Virus record (IMG/VR): IMGVR_UViG_3300009151_000034
Location: 1-64,000 of that record
Direction: 5' to 3' (one strand)
DNA length: 64,000 nucleotides
Source of the DNA: a virus
A program made the position numbers and the translations under genes. The notes under the pieces were generated by a model, which was not told the origin of the DNA, ran no database searches, and saw nothing but the letters and a program-made list of their open reading frames with translations. Of this stretch, positions 30,054 to 39,160 are shown one piece after another. Within the stretch, counting starts at the first letter, position 1. Every line of letters begins with the position of its first letter.

Positions 30054-31313
30054 TTACACAGTATTGGGTTTGGCCTTAATACATTCGATAATGCATGTAT
30101 ATCTGGGGCGTTCATTATTTTTTTCTCCTATTCTATGATGAACACGAGTTACCAAAAAATTACCAGACAACAAAGGATCATTTATTGGGCTTCCGTCAGT
30201 ATCGTGCTTTGTTACAATGTTACATGTTATCATTGTTCCTGGTTTGATAATCGTATCGCCAGGAACACGTATTCTTAGTGAGTTTTGAAGAAGCAAGGCC
30301 ATATAGGTTCTGTAATTTGGAGTTCCTTGTGGCACATATGTTTCTTTTGATGATGAATAGTCGGTAGGTGTCATAGTCAATGGAACGTCAGAATTATTAA
30401 AATAAGTATTCAAAAGACCGCCGATGATACTGTTATCTGTTCCGGCTGTGAGAAAATTGGTATCTACAGGATTTACCAGACCGTTTCCGAAATTTTGTGT
30501 GGTTAAATCAACTGATAGAGATATTTGTGGTCCTGCATATATGATCATATCAAGTGATGAAAATTGACGATCTACCTTATATGCAAGGATATTCTTTTGA
30601 GCATTTGGGTCTTGGTAGTCTATCATTCCACCATAGCTTTGATTGAATGTTGCTATTGGTTTTTGAGCAAACATTCCTTCTATGGTAACAAATTTATATA
30701 CTTGCTGTTCGTTGTCTCGGGTTTCAAAATAAACATAAGATGAAGAACTATGGTCTGGTGATATCGCTCGGTTACGTAACATATTGATTGCTTGCATAGG
30801 GAACATGGCACTAATTCTGATAGGCATGATACCTTTTGTCTGCTCAACGACAATTGGTTTTTTTAACATACCAAGACTTCTATGATTTTTGTGGACATTT
30901 TTAATGATATCAGCGCAGGTTGAGTTATCATTTCTATCAAATATTTCTGAAAATTGATTGCGATGATCAAAAAAAACTTCCTGAGAAACACATTTAAGAG
31001 TATATGTTTTAATTTTTTCGTTTGTGGGCGTGGACATAACATCAATTATACTTTCAAGCTGAAAAACAAATGATGCCTGTTCGCTATCAGGAACCGAAAA
31101 CGAAAACGTAACAATCTCATCGCCGTTTAATTTCATCTGCCCCATAACATCTTGTTCATCCAAGACCATGATATCACAGACCGTTGCAGGCACAAAAATG
31201 CTTTCATAGACAGAGGCAACAATAAAAGATTTAGTTAAATCTAATATTTGGTTTCTTCTTCCACTTCGTATTTTCAGTGAATTAATTTCTAAATATCCAA
31301 TTTCATATGACAT
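30054..31313 (-). CDS. Baseplate hub / tail protein (gp27-like position)
   Basis: SVYESIF; YVYFET; IRVPGDT...LSGNFLVTRVHH; lies between gp53 and gp5. Confidence 0.7.
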   Translation of the reverse strand: MSYEIGYLEINSLKIRSGRRNQILDLTKSFIVASVYESIFVPATVCDIMVLDEQDVMGQMKLNGDEIVTFSFSVPDSEQASFVFQLESIIDVMSTPTNEKIKTYTLKCVSQEVFFDHRNQFSEIFDRNDNSTCADIIKNVHKNHRSLGMLKKPIVVEQTKGIMPIRISAMFPMQAINMLRNRAISPDHSSSSYVYFETRDNEQQVYKFVTIEGMFAQKPIATFNQSYGGMIDYQDPNAQKNILAYKVDRQFSSLDMIIYAGPQISLSVDLTTQNFGNGLVNPVDTNFLTAGTDNSIIGGLLNTYFNNSDVPLTMTPTDYSSSKETYVPQGTPNYRTYMALLLQNSLRIRVPGDTIIKPGTMITCNIVTKHDTDGSPINDPLLSGNFLVTRVHHRIGEKNNERPRYTCIIECIKAKPNTV

Positions 31314-31318
31314 GTTAT

Positions 31319-32200
31319 TTATTTGTTCAATAATGTTTTAAGTTCGGCAGAAATTTGCTTCGAATATTGACTGTTTAATGCACGTATCGATTTATTTTTT
31401 TGGTTTATTTCGTTTTCATAATCATAATAGTAAACAGGAGACCAATAAGAACTTTCCACGGTAGAAATATTGTTTGCTATTGATGTTGCAGTTGTGAAAT
31501 GAGTGTTGACACCACTTTCGTTTCCATATAGATAACTTGCTGATACAATTGTTCCAGTTGTGGTAATCCCCGAAAGATGCTGAATAGAAACATAACTAGA
31601 ATTTGCAAAAGTTACTTGTCCATTACCTGTATGAGTAGCATCGAACACAACTTTGACAATTTCGTTGTCAATGAAATTTGTTCCGTTGGTGACATTATAT
31701 CCTGCAATCCCGTTTGTTGCGATTATCCAATCAACTTGTTTGCGATCATAATTTAGCGGTGTAGAACTATTGATTACATCTCCATAGTTTGGTTGATAAT
31801 AATCACGTAATGAAGCCACGAGATTATTATATGACGAAACCGAAATTGGTCCAGATGCGCTATACCAGTTGTTTCGGTAGTATTTTACTTTGTTATATGC
31901 ATTAGCAAGTGAACCATATTTCATTGCCAAAAAATTATTGAACGTATCAGTGTCTATATACCAATCATAATATGGATCAACGATCTTATTGGACATGTAA
32001 AGAATCCAACTCATAAACTGGTCGTTGTAATAACGATTGGATATGGTATCGGCTCTTTCCCCTGAATTTACATCATATTGATAATAAAGATATGGATTTT
32101 GATATATTGTGTTTAAAATACCAACTCGTTTTGTGATATCCACTACCTGATGACCGTTGTAAGTTATTGTAGGAAACTTTTCAAAATATCTTTCAACCAT
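31319..32200 (-). CDS. gp53: Baseplate wedge protein gp53
   Basis: YFEKFPTITY; YDVNSGERADTISNRYY...WILYMSN...DPYYDW; YDYENEINQKNKSI. Confidence 0.88.
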   Translation of the reverse strand: MVERYFEKFPTITYNGHQVVDITKRVGILNTIYQNPYLYYQYDVNSGERADTISNRYYNDQFMSWILYMSNKIVDPYYDWYIDTDTFNNFLAMKYGSLANAYNKVKYYRNNWYSASGPISVSSYNNLVASLRDYYQPNYGDVINSSTPLNYDRKQVDWIIATNGIAGYNVTNGTNFIDNEIVKVVFDATHTGNGQVTFANSSYVSIQHLSGITTTGTIVSASYLYGNESGVNTHFTTATSIANNISTVESSYWSPVYYYDYENEINQKNKSIRALNSQYSKQISAELKTLLNK

Positions 32201-32201
32201 A

Positions 32202-33230
32202 TTATTGAACTCCTACAGGCGTTGGTGGTTTAGAAGGTGCTGCTGGATAATATCCTGGATTATTTGGCATATTAGAATTTGGTCCAGTGTAATTAGAAGC
32301 ATTGAAATCTTTTTGTGACCAGATTTCGATTTCCATCAAAGTCATACTTAATCTTACAGCAGTTGGTGCATTAAGAGATTTGAAGAACGAAGGAGCAACA
32401 CCAGGAGCATAATCAATTGAGATATTTGTAATAACACATGGCTTCATATCAAAAAGAAATTCACTAGGATTTAATGTCACATAAGCAATATCAGGATAAT
32501 TAAAGAAAATTCCTCCACCGGCCTGCATTGAAGTATCAAGTCCTGGTAAACTATGGAATTTGAATTGCTGAACTATCTTACGCAAATCTTGAGATTCTTT
32601 TTGGTTTTTTGGTGTCAATATCCAATCAAAATTATGTTCTTTAAAGTTTACGTTTTCGAACATGGCAGTTAAAAATGGATTAAGCGCAAGTCCTGTAAGA
32701 GAACTTGCCGCACCATACGCAGTATTATAACCTCTAAGAACATCACCGGCAGCACCCGCAGCTATATTACCCACAGTCATAGCACCACCAATGACTTTAT
32801 TTTTTAAATTTTCTATGCTACTAGTTTTAATATCATTAAATCCTTTTTTAATATTATCCGCTGACATACCAGTTAATGCTTCTGATCCAGCACCAAAAAG
32901 ACCGCCAAGACCTTGATGCCCGTAATGAATATTCATTTGGTCACGAAGGTTTTTTGGCAAGGGCAGACGTATTGTTCCTGTAGATGCTGGTGCAGAAGAA
33001 TTATTAATAGCACTTTGTTTTCCTAGTGATCTTCTTTGATATTTTACAAAACGAAAAGTAATATAAAAATTTCTATTAGAGGCAGCCGAAATTAAATCAT
33101 TAGGAAATATATAATTTCCTTGATAATTATTTGTGTTGTTGTTTGTAAGAGCATTAACCCCAGATACTGCAAAATCTGCTGCACCTACTAAAGCTGTTCC
33201 TGCTTTGACAACATCAGGTATTGATGACAT
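32202..33230 (-). CDS. gp48: Baseplate tail-tube cap gp48-like
   Basis: IRLPLP; ALNP...FENVNFKEHNFDWILTPKNQKES; FFNYPD; KPCVITNISIDY. Confidence 0.8.
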   Translation of the reverse strand: MSSIPDVVKAGTALVGAADFAVSGVNALTNNNTNNYQGNYIFPNDLISAASNRNFYITFRFVKYQRRSLGKQSAINNSSAPASTGTIRLPLPKNLRDQMNIHYGHQGLGGLFGAGSEALTGMSADNIKKGFNDIKTSSIENLKNKVIGGAMTVGNIAAGAAGDVLRGYNTAYGAASSLTGLALNPFLTAMFENVNFKEHNFDWILTPKNQKESQDLRKIVQQFKFHSLPGLDTSMQAGGGIFFNYPDIAYVTLNPSEFLFDMKPCVITNISIDYAPGVAPSFFKSLNAPTAVRLSMTLMEIEIWSQKDFNASNYTGPNSNMPNNPGYYPAAPSKPPTPVGVQ

Positions 33231-33241
33231 CGATATTCCCT

Positions 33242-33271
33242 TATAAATACTCTGGTTCTCTTTTATTTATA
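33242..33271. promoter_or_regulatory. Pair of opposed T4-type late promoters
   Basis: TATAAATA on + at 33242-33249 (towards gp4) and on - at 33264-33271 (towards gp48), at the strand switch. Confidence 0.8.
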
Positions 33272-33284
33272 ATGAATGTAAAAT

Positions 33285-33734
33285 ATGGCAAGAAAATATC
33301 TACAAGGCACTTTTAAACCAAGAAGCCCAAATAAATACAAAGGCGATCCTAGCAAAATTATTTATCGTTCTTCATGGGAATTAAAACTCATGATGAGACT
33401 TGATGAACATCCTAATGTTATTTGGTGGAAATCTGAGGAACTTGCAATACCTTATCGATCTCCCGTTGACGGAAAACTGCATCGATACTTTCCTGATTTT
33501 ATTGTAAATATTAAAAACAAACAAGGAGTTATTGAGACTTTGATGATCGAGGTTAAGCCTTCCAAAGAAACAAAAGAACCTAAAAAACAAACAACTGTCA
33601 CCAAAAGTTATATTCGAGAAGTATTTACTTGGGGTATAAATAGTGAGAAATGGCGTATGGCAGAAGAATATTGTAAAGATCGCGGATGGAAGTTTTGTAT
33701 CTTCACCGAAAAAGAATTAAACATAAGGTTATAA
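33285..33734 (+). CDS. gp4: Head completion protein gp4 (TnsA-like nuclease fold)
   Basis: KYKGDPSKIIYRSSWE...SEE...YRSPVDGKLHRYFPDF...IEVKP. Confidence 0.92.
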   Translation: MARKYLQGTFKPRSPNKYKGDPSKIIYRSSWELKLMMRLDEHPNVIWWKSEELAIPYRSPVDGKLHRYFPDFIVNIKNKQGVIETLMIEVKPSKETKEPKKQTTVTKSYIREVFTWGINSEKWRMAEEYCKDRGWKFCIFTEKELNIRL

Positions 33735-34337
33735 ATGACATCATATATTTTTCAGCAACTGGCTAACAAGGGTAGGGCAGAAGGGATCGATGAGACCATT
33801 CGCCAAAAAGATACTCGCACATGGTTTAGACAGGCTGCCCAAGATATAAGAACGGTCAACAAGAACCGCATGATGAACGACAAAAACAACATCCAACCAA
33901 TTTTAAATATTAAAAGTATTGGTAGAATGTATATGTTTTTCTATGACCCAAAACATAAAGCCACGTTGCCTTATTATGATACTTTTCCATTGATTTTTCC
34001 TCTCAAATTTTATGACGATGGATTTCTTGGTATAAATCTCCATTACCTTCCGCCAGTGCTTCGTGCAAAATTAATGGATGCTTTATATAAGACTAGCAAC
34101 AATCAAAAATATGATGAAACAACCAAACTAAAAATTTCTTATGATATTCTTGATTCGGCGTCAAAATTTAAGTGGTTTGAGCCATGTGTGAAACGTTATT
34201 TGTGGGATCATGTTCGCAGTAAATATCTAAATATAGAACCTAGAATGTGGGATGCTGCTTTATTTCTACCCACGGAAAGATTCAAAAAAGCAACAAAACA
34301 GACGGTCTGGAAAGATTCACGAGGAATGATAAAGTAA
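33735..34337 (+). CDS. gp2: DNA end protector protein gp2
   Basis: GRMYMFFYDPKHKATLPYYDTFPL...GFLGINLHYLPP. Confidence 0.92.
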   Translation: MTSYIFQQLANKGRAEGIDETIRQKDTRTWFRQAAQDIRTVNKNRMMNDKNNIQPILNIKSIGRMYMFFYDPKHKATLPYYDTFPLIFPLKFYDDGFLGINLHYLPPVLRAKLMDALYKTSNNQKYDETTKLKISYDILDSASKFKWFEPCVKRYLWDHVRSKYLNIEPRMWDAALFLPTERFKKATKQTVWKDSRGMIK

Positions 34338-34987
34338 TGGCATTCGATATAGCAAGTTTTTCATCACATATTGGTGCTACGGGAACGTTACGAAATAACA
34401 GATTTTATGTCTCGATGGTTCCTCCAAAATCATTACCTTTTAGTATAACACTAAGTCGTCTCTTTTCGTATCGTGCAGAAAGTATTCACTTGCCTGGAGC
34501 TATTCTTGATATGATAGGCAATCGAGTTTATGGTCTTGGCGTTGAAAAGAAATTTGCTGATGATATTCGTTTCACCGATAACACCATAACATTCTTAGAA
34601 GATGGTGGAAATTCCATATATAAATTTTTCTATGCATGGATGAATACCATCATTGATTTCACTGGGTCTACATCACAACTTACGTATGCAGGGCAACCAT
34701 CATACCGAGTAGAATATAAAGACAATATCATTACTGACATATACATTTATGTTCTTGATGCTTCAGGATTTTTAATTTCGACTGTAGTTCTTCGTGAGGC
34801 TTTTCCGTCTTCCGTAAATGATATAAATTTGGATTGGAATGCAAAAAGTGATTTGATGAAAGTTGTCGTAAATTTCACGTATAGCAGTTGGTATATTCAG
34901 AATTTGAATGTTCCAATTCCATTCTCACCACCTGTTAGTTCATCACCACAGGCCTTTGAAACGTTCAATCAGGCCATATCCAACTGA
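34337..34987 (+). CDS. Tail tube-like baseplate subunit (gp54-like)
   Basis: True start ATG 34337 overlaps the gp2 stop (MAFDIASF); RNNRFYV...AESIHLPG...AFPSSVNDINLDW...VNFTY. Confidence 0.75.
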   Translation: MAFDIASFSSHIGATGTLRNNRFYVSMVPPKSLPFSITLSRLFSYRAESIHLPGAILDMIGNRVYGLGVEKKFADDIRFTDNTITFLEDGGNSIYKFFYAWMNTIIDFTGSTSQLTYAGQPSYRVEYKDNIITDIYIYVLDASGFLISTVVLREAFPSSVNDINLDWNAKSDLMKVVVNFTYSSWYIQNLNVPIPFSPPVSSSPQAFETFNQAISN

Positions 34988-35051
34988 GTCTGTTACTTTT
35001 AAACTACCATCTTTAATTTCACCTGCCAATTAGTATTAAAGGATTTATATT

Positions 35052-35762
35052 ATGGCTTTACCGAAAATAAAATTTCCAACCTATGAATTGACGATTCCTT
35101 CTACCAAGAAAAAAGAAACATTTCGTCCGTTTCTTGTTCGTGAAGAAAAAATTCTACTCATGGCAAAACAATCTGAAGACCCAACAGAAATGTTTCGGGC
35201 TATCAAACAAGTCGTAAACAACTGCGCTATCGATACCAATTTTGATGTTGATAAGTTAACCATTTTTGATATGGAATATATTTTCCTTCGTATCAGAGCA
35301 TTTTCGGTTAACAACATCGTTAAGGTTTCGTATCGGGATAATGAAGATCAACAAATTTATGAATTCGAAATTGATCTAAACAAAGTTGATGTTAAGTTTC
35401 CAGAAAACGTTAACAATATTATTAAGATAACCGAAGAAACTGGTCTGAGAATGAAATATCCTTCTGCCATTCTTTTCAATGATACCGAATTTTTCCAGAG
35501 TGGCGATGATTCTTTTTATGAACTTATTATTCGTTGCATTGATACAATCTTTGATGGTGATGATTTATACAACCCCGCCGACTATACCAAAGAAGATATC
35601 GAAGAATTTTTGAATCAGGTTGGTGTTAATACGTATCAAGAAATTGTTAAATTTATGGAAAACACTCCAAAACTCAATCATACACTAGAATATACAAATT
35701 CTAGTGGAACACCGAGAACTATCGAACTCACCACGCTAACCGATTTTTTTACCTTGGGCTGA
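35052..35762 (+). CDS. gp26: Baseplate hub subunit/assembly chaperone (gp26-like)
   Basis: MALPKI..PTYELTIPS...FRPFLVREEKILLMA...FDMEYIFLRIRA; ends DFFTLG. Confidence 0.88.
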   Translation: MALPKIKFPTYELTIPSTKKKETFRPFLVREEKILLMAKQSEDPTEMFRAIKQVVNNCAIDTNFDVDKLTIFDMEYIFLRIRAFSVNNIVKVSYRDNEDQQIYEFEIDLNKVDVKFPENVNNIIKITEETGLRMKYPSAILFNDTEFFQSGDDSFYELIIRCIDTIFDGDDLYNPADYTKEDIEEFLNQVGVNTYQEIVKFMENTPKLNHTLEYTNSSGTPRTIELTTLTDFFTLG

Positions 35763-35794
35763 GTCATAACACCTTAGAGAATTATTATATTTCT

Positions 35795-35935
35795 ATGTTC
35801 TCTTTGATTCAGCACCATAAATATAGCATAACCGAAATCGAGGACTTAATACCTTTTGAGCGTGATCTTTTTGTTGAAATGTTGTTATCATATTTGAAAG
35901 AACTCGAAGAACATAGGAACAACGCTAATGGCTAA
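35795..35935 (+). CDS. gp51: Baseplate hub assembly catalyst gp51-like (probably also made as a -1 frameshift fusion to gp26)
   Basis: Not in the ORF track: MFSLIQHHKYSITEIEDLIPFERDLFVEMLLSYLKELEEHRNNANG. The frame is open back to the T7 run at 35744. Confidence 0.8.
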   Translation: MFSLIQHHKYSITEIEDLIPFERDLFVEMLLSYLKELEEHRNNANG

Positions 35936-36509
35936 ATTTGCTGTAAAAGACCTAAATGATGATGATACCCCAATAAAGCCATCACATGATGAAGTGCTGG
36001 CGATGAATGGTATTCCGCCTGAACCCCCCATTCGGCCAATTCCCCAAATTACACAGCCTATGGTATCAGTTCCTACACCGCAACCAATTCCTGTTGTTAC
36101 AGTTGGTGATACTGGTTTGGGGGCATCAATAATAGCACAGCAAACCGTTCAGGCACAATCCATTCAGGCCACAGCACAAGCACAGGCTCAGGTTGGTGTT
36201 GCCCAGGCTGCTATTGATAATAAAATTGTTGACGAGCAGATTAAAAAAGAAGAAGAACATTGGGTAAAATCTTATTGGCGTCCTGCAATGGGTTGGCTGT
36301 ATATGGTAATTTGTTTTATGGATTTTATTGGATTTCCATTCATTTCTATGTTTTTACCTATAATATTCAAACATGACGGCATTGTATCAAATTATGTTGC
36401 TTGGCAAAGTTTGTCTTTAAGCAATGGTGGTCTTATTCATCTTGCATTCGGAGCAATTCTTGGTGTTTCTGCCTGGACACGCGGACAAGAAAAAATAGCT
36501 AAAATATAA
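35928..36509 (+). CDS. Holin-like membrane protein (3TM/GTA-holin type)
   Basis: WRPAMGWLYMVICFMDF...HLAFGAILGVSAWTRGQEK; hydrophobic segments after a P/Q-rich N-terminus. Confidence 0.65.
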   Translation: MAKFAVKDLNDDDTPIKPSHDEVLAMNGIPPEPPIRPIPQITQPMVSVPTPQPIPVVTVGDTGLGASIIAQQTVQAQSIQATAQAQAQVGVAQAAIDNKIVDEQIKKEEEHWVKSYWRPAMGWLYMVICFMDFIGFPFISMFLPIIFKHDGIVSNYVAWQSLSLSNGGLIHLAFGAILGVSAWTRGQEKIAKI

Positions 36510-39157
36510 TGGCAATGAAGAAAAATCTTCCAAAAAAATCAAAAAGTGGTGACGGAAAAAACATATTCAAAGCTGGTGCTAATACTTTTGATAAAATGTT
36601 TCCTGCTTTTGCATCAAAAAACAAATATAAAAGTAAAGAAGATTCAGATCAGAAAGAAGAAAGAAATTCTTTTGAGACTCGCAGAACTATGGGCGAAGCT
36701 GCTGCAAATGTTGTCGAAAAATTAAAAGAAACTTCATCACTAGTTAAACTTTCTCTTTACGAAACAACCAAGCATAACGAATTACTACAAAAAATTATCG
36801 ACGCTTATCATGATGATTCTGGTTTTGATTTTCCTGATCTTCCAAGATTGAAATTGAAAGGACGTAGAGCAATAAGAAGCGCCGCAGAACGCAAAGCTGA
36901 AAGGGCTAGACGTAAAGCTGAAGAAAAAGCAAAAAAAGCAGAAGAGGCTAGACGTAAAGCAGAAAGCGAAAGAAAGGCAGCAGAAGAAGCTAGACGTAAA
37001 GCAGAAAACGAAAGAATTGAAGCGGAAAAAAGATTAAAAGATGCTCAAAATAAAGCAGAAAGCGAAAGAATAGAAGCTGAAAAAAGATTAAAAGATGCCG
37101 AAAAAAGAGCAATAGAAGCTGAAAAAAGAGCAATAGAAGCTGAAAAAAGCTTAAAAAATGCTCAAAATATAGCAAACAAAGAACCAATACCTACAGAACT
37201 AAAACCATTAGAACAAGTAAAACCAGTAGAACGAGAATCTGTTACTCGTGACGGCAGACCATCTAATATTCCTGATGAAATATACGTATTAAACGGTAAA
37301 CGTTATGGTAAATTTAAAAACGGTGGTTGGGCAGTGGAAACTTCATTAGGTAAATGGGGCATTTCACCCGGCGGTGAAACATTAAACCAATTAAAAAAGA
37401 TGAGAGAACAAGTTATTTCTGGTAAGAAACCGTCAACTATTACAACAACACCTAACAAAAATTTAACAACTGAAATGAAAACTGCCCTGGCCATGGGGAA
37501 AAGTGCAATTATCAGTAGTGGCACTAGGTTTGGTGCCGATCTGCGTGGTGCGACTAATATTGCTGGCGGTGCTATTATTTTAGGTTTAATTATCCGTGAT
37601 ATAGCACATGGTGATATTAAAGGGGCTTTGGAAACTGGAAAAATTACCGCTGCTGGAATTTTAATATCACCAGCGGCAGGATTTATACTTCGGGGCGCAG
37701 CAAAAAGTGCTATGATGCCAATACTTGCGACTGCTGCTGCTAAACTTATTCCTGGCGTTGGTTTACTTGCTACTTTTTATTCTATGGCAGTAAGATTATT
37801 TTATGATCCGAAAAATCCTGATTGGGTTGGCGCGGGGCTTGATTTGGTATCAGGGATTGCAATTTATTTTGGTCCTATTGGTGCGGCAATTTCGATAGGC
37901 ATAACTGTTGCGTCTCTTGCAAGAGATATTTACGCTATTGTATATGGTGTTCAAATTGAACAAGATACCTATTTTAATGAAAAACTTGCTCTTCTAGAAA
38001 TTTATGTAAAAGAAGCATTGGTCGAAGTAATTCAGCATTTTGCAGATATTAGAAAAGAAATTACACAATCGGCTATTATTTCTCCTAGTAACATGCCAAC
38101 TTTTGATATGGAAGCTTTTCCGAAGGGAATTATCACTGAAAAAGATGCTGAAAAATATGCCATGAGTTATGGTTTAATTCCAAACACCAAATTATATAAT
38201 GATTGGATGGAAAATTGGAAAAACCAAAAAAAATCAGGAGTGTCACCAATTGGATTTTTTACATCAAATATGGGAGCCGATAATTTAGAATTAAAGTCTC
38301 TCACCTTTGATGCCACTAAAATCACCATAGATGCAGAAGAATTTTTGATGACCAACAATAATCTTGGTTATGGTGGTGGTGCTGTTAGTCCTGGAATGAA
38401 AAATTTTGGCGCTGGTAGTGGTTTCCAAAATGCATCATATTCTCCACCAATGAACAATTTTGCAGCGCCTTCTGCTGCTGGTCGTGTTGATGCTCCTAGT
38501 ATTACTTCTACTCCTGGAATTGGTTTAGGAAGAACTGATACGGGACCAAATCTTCCTGCGAAAGACATAATTGATTTTTTCGTTTCGCAAGGATGGACAC
38601 CAGAACAAGCTGCTGGTATTGCTGGTAATCTTCAGCAAGAAAGTAGTCTCGATCATACACAATCTACTGTGCAAGAAAATAATGGTGTAGAATATTACGG
38701 TCTTGCCCAATGGTCCCCAGAAAGACAAGCAAATTTTAAAAAACTTTACGGAAAAGACATAAGACAATCAACTGCTCTTGAACAACTACAATTTATACAA
38801 GATGAATTGTCAGGCAAATATAAAAGAGTTGCTGAAGCATTGCGCCAAGAAACAACACCAGAAGGCGCTGCAAAATTATTTAATGAAAAATACGAAGTCG
38901 GATCAGAAGTTGAAAAAAGAATGGGATACGGAAAAGATTTCTTTTCGCAATATTCAAATCAAGGGTCTAATTTAAATAATCTATCAAGAAACCAAGCAGC
39001 ACAACAGCAACGAAACAGGAATATAGAAGTTCCTGGCCAACAACAAAACAACAATCAAAACGGAATGGGAAATATGTCTCCACCACCAAATCCTGGTAAT
39101 AGTCGTTCATATGGCGAGTCCGCAGCTAATCGAATTATAGAACTAACGGGTGCATAA
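36509..39157 (+). CDS. Tape-measure-like tail protein with a phage tail lysozyme domain
   Basis: K/E/A/R coiled-coil repeats (~36880-37170), a hydrophobic G/A-rich middle, and FFVSQGWTPEQAAGIAGNLQQES...YGLAQWS. Confidence 0.75.
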   Translation: MAMKKNLPKKSKSGDGKNIFKAGANTFDKMFPAFASKNKYKSKEDSDQKEERNSFETRRTMGEAAANVVEKLKETSSLVKLSLYETTKHNELLQKIIDAYHDDSGFDFPDLPRLKLKGRRAIRSAAERKAERARRKAEEKAKKAEEARRKAESERKAAEEARRKAENERIEAEKRLKDAQNKAESERIEAEKRLKDAEKRAIEAEKRAIEAEKSLKNAQNIANKEPIPTELKPLEQVKPVERESVTRDGRPSNIPDEIYVLNGKRYGKFKNGGWAVETSLGKWGISPGGETLNQLKKMREQVISGKKPSTITTTPNKNLTTEMKTALAMGKSAIISSGTRFGADLRGATNIAGGAIILGLIIRDIAHGDIKGALETGKITAAGILISPAAGFILRGAAKSAMMPILATAAAKLIPGVGLLATFYSMAVRLFYDPKNPDWVGAGLDLVSGIAIYFGPIGAAISIGITVASLARDIYAIVYGVQIEQDTYFNEKLALLEIYVKEALVEVIQHFADIRKEITQSAIISPSNMPTFDMEAFPKGIITEKDAEKYAMSYGLIPNTKLYNDWMENWKNQKKSGVSPIGFFTSNMGADNLELKSLTFDATKITIDAEEFLMTNNNLGYGGGAVSPGMKNFGAGSGFQNASYSPPMNNFAAPSAAGRVDAPSITSTPGIGLGRTDTGPNLPAKDIIDFFVSQGWTPEQAAGIAGNLQQESSLDHTQSTVQENNGVEYYGLAQWSPERQANFKKLYGKDIRQSTALEQLQFIQDELSGKYKRVAEALRQETTPEGAAKLFNEKYEVGSEVEKRMGYGKDFFSQYSNQGSNLNNLSRNQAAQQQRNRNIEVPGQQQNNNQNGMGNMSPPPNPGNSRSYGESAANRIIELTGA

Positions 39158-39160
39158 AAA

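Noticed and set aside
33285-33734. TnsA-like transposase / mobile element
   Set aside because: Sequence and synteny (gp48-gp4-gp2) identify it as head completion protein gp4; no transposon ends are present.
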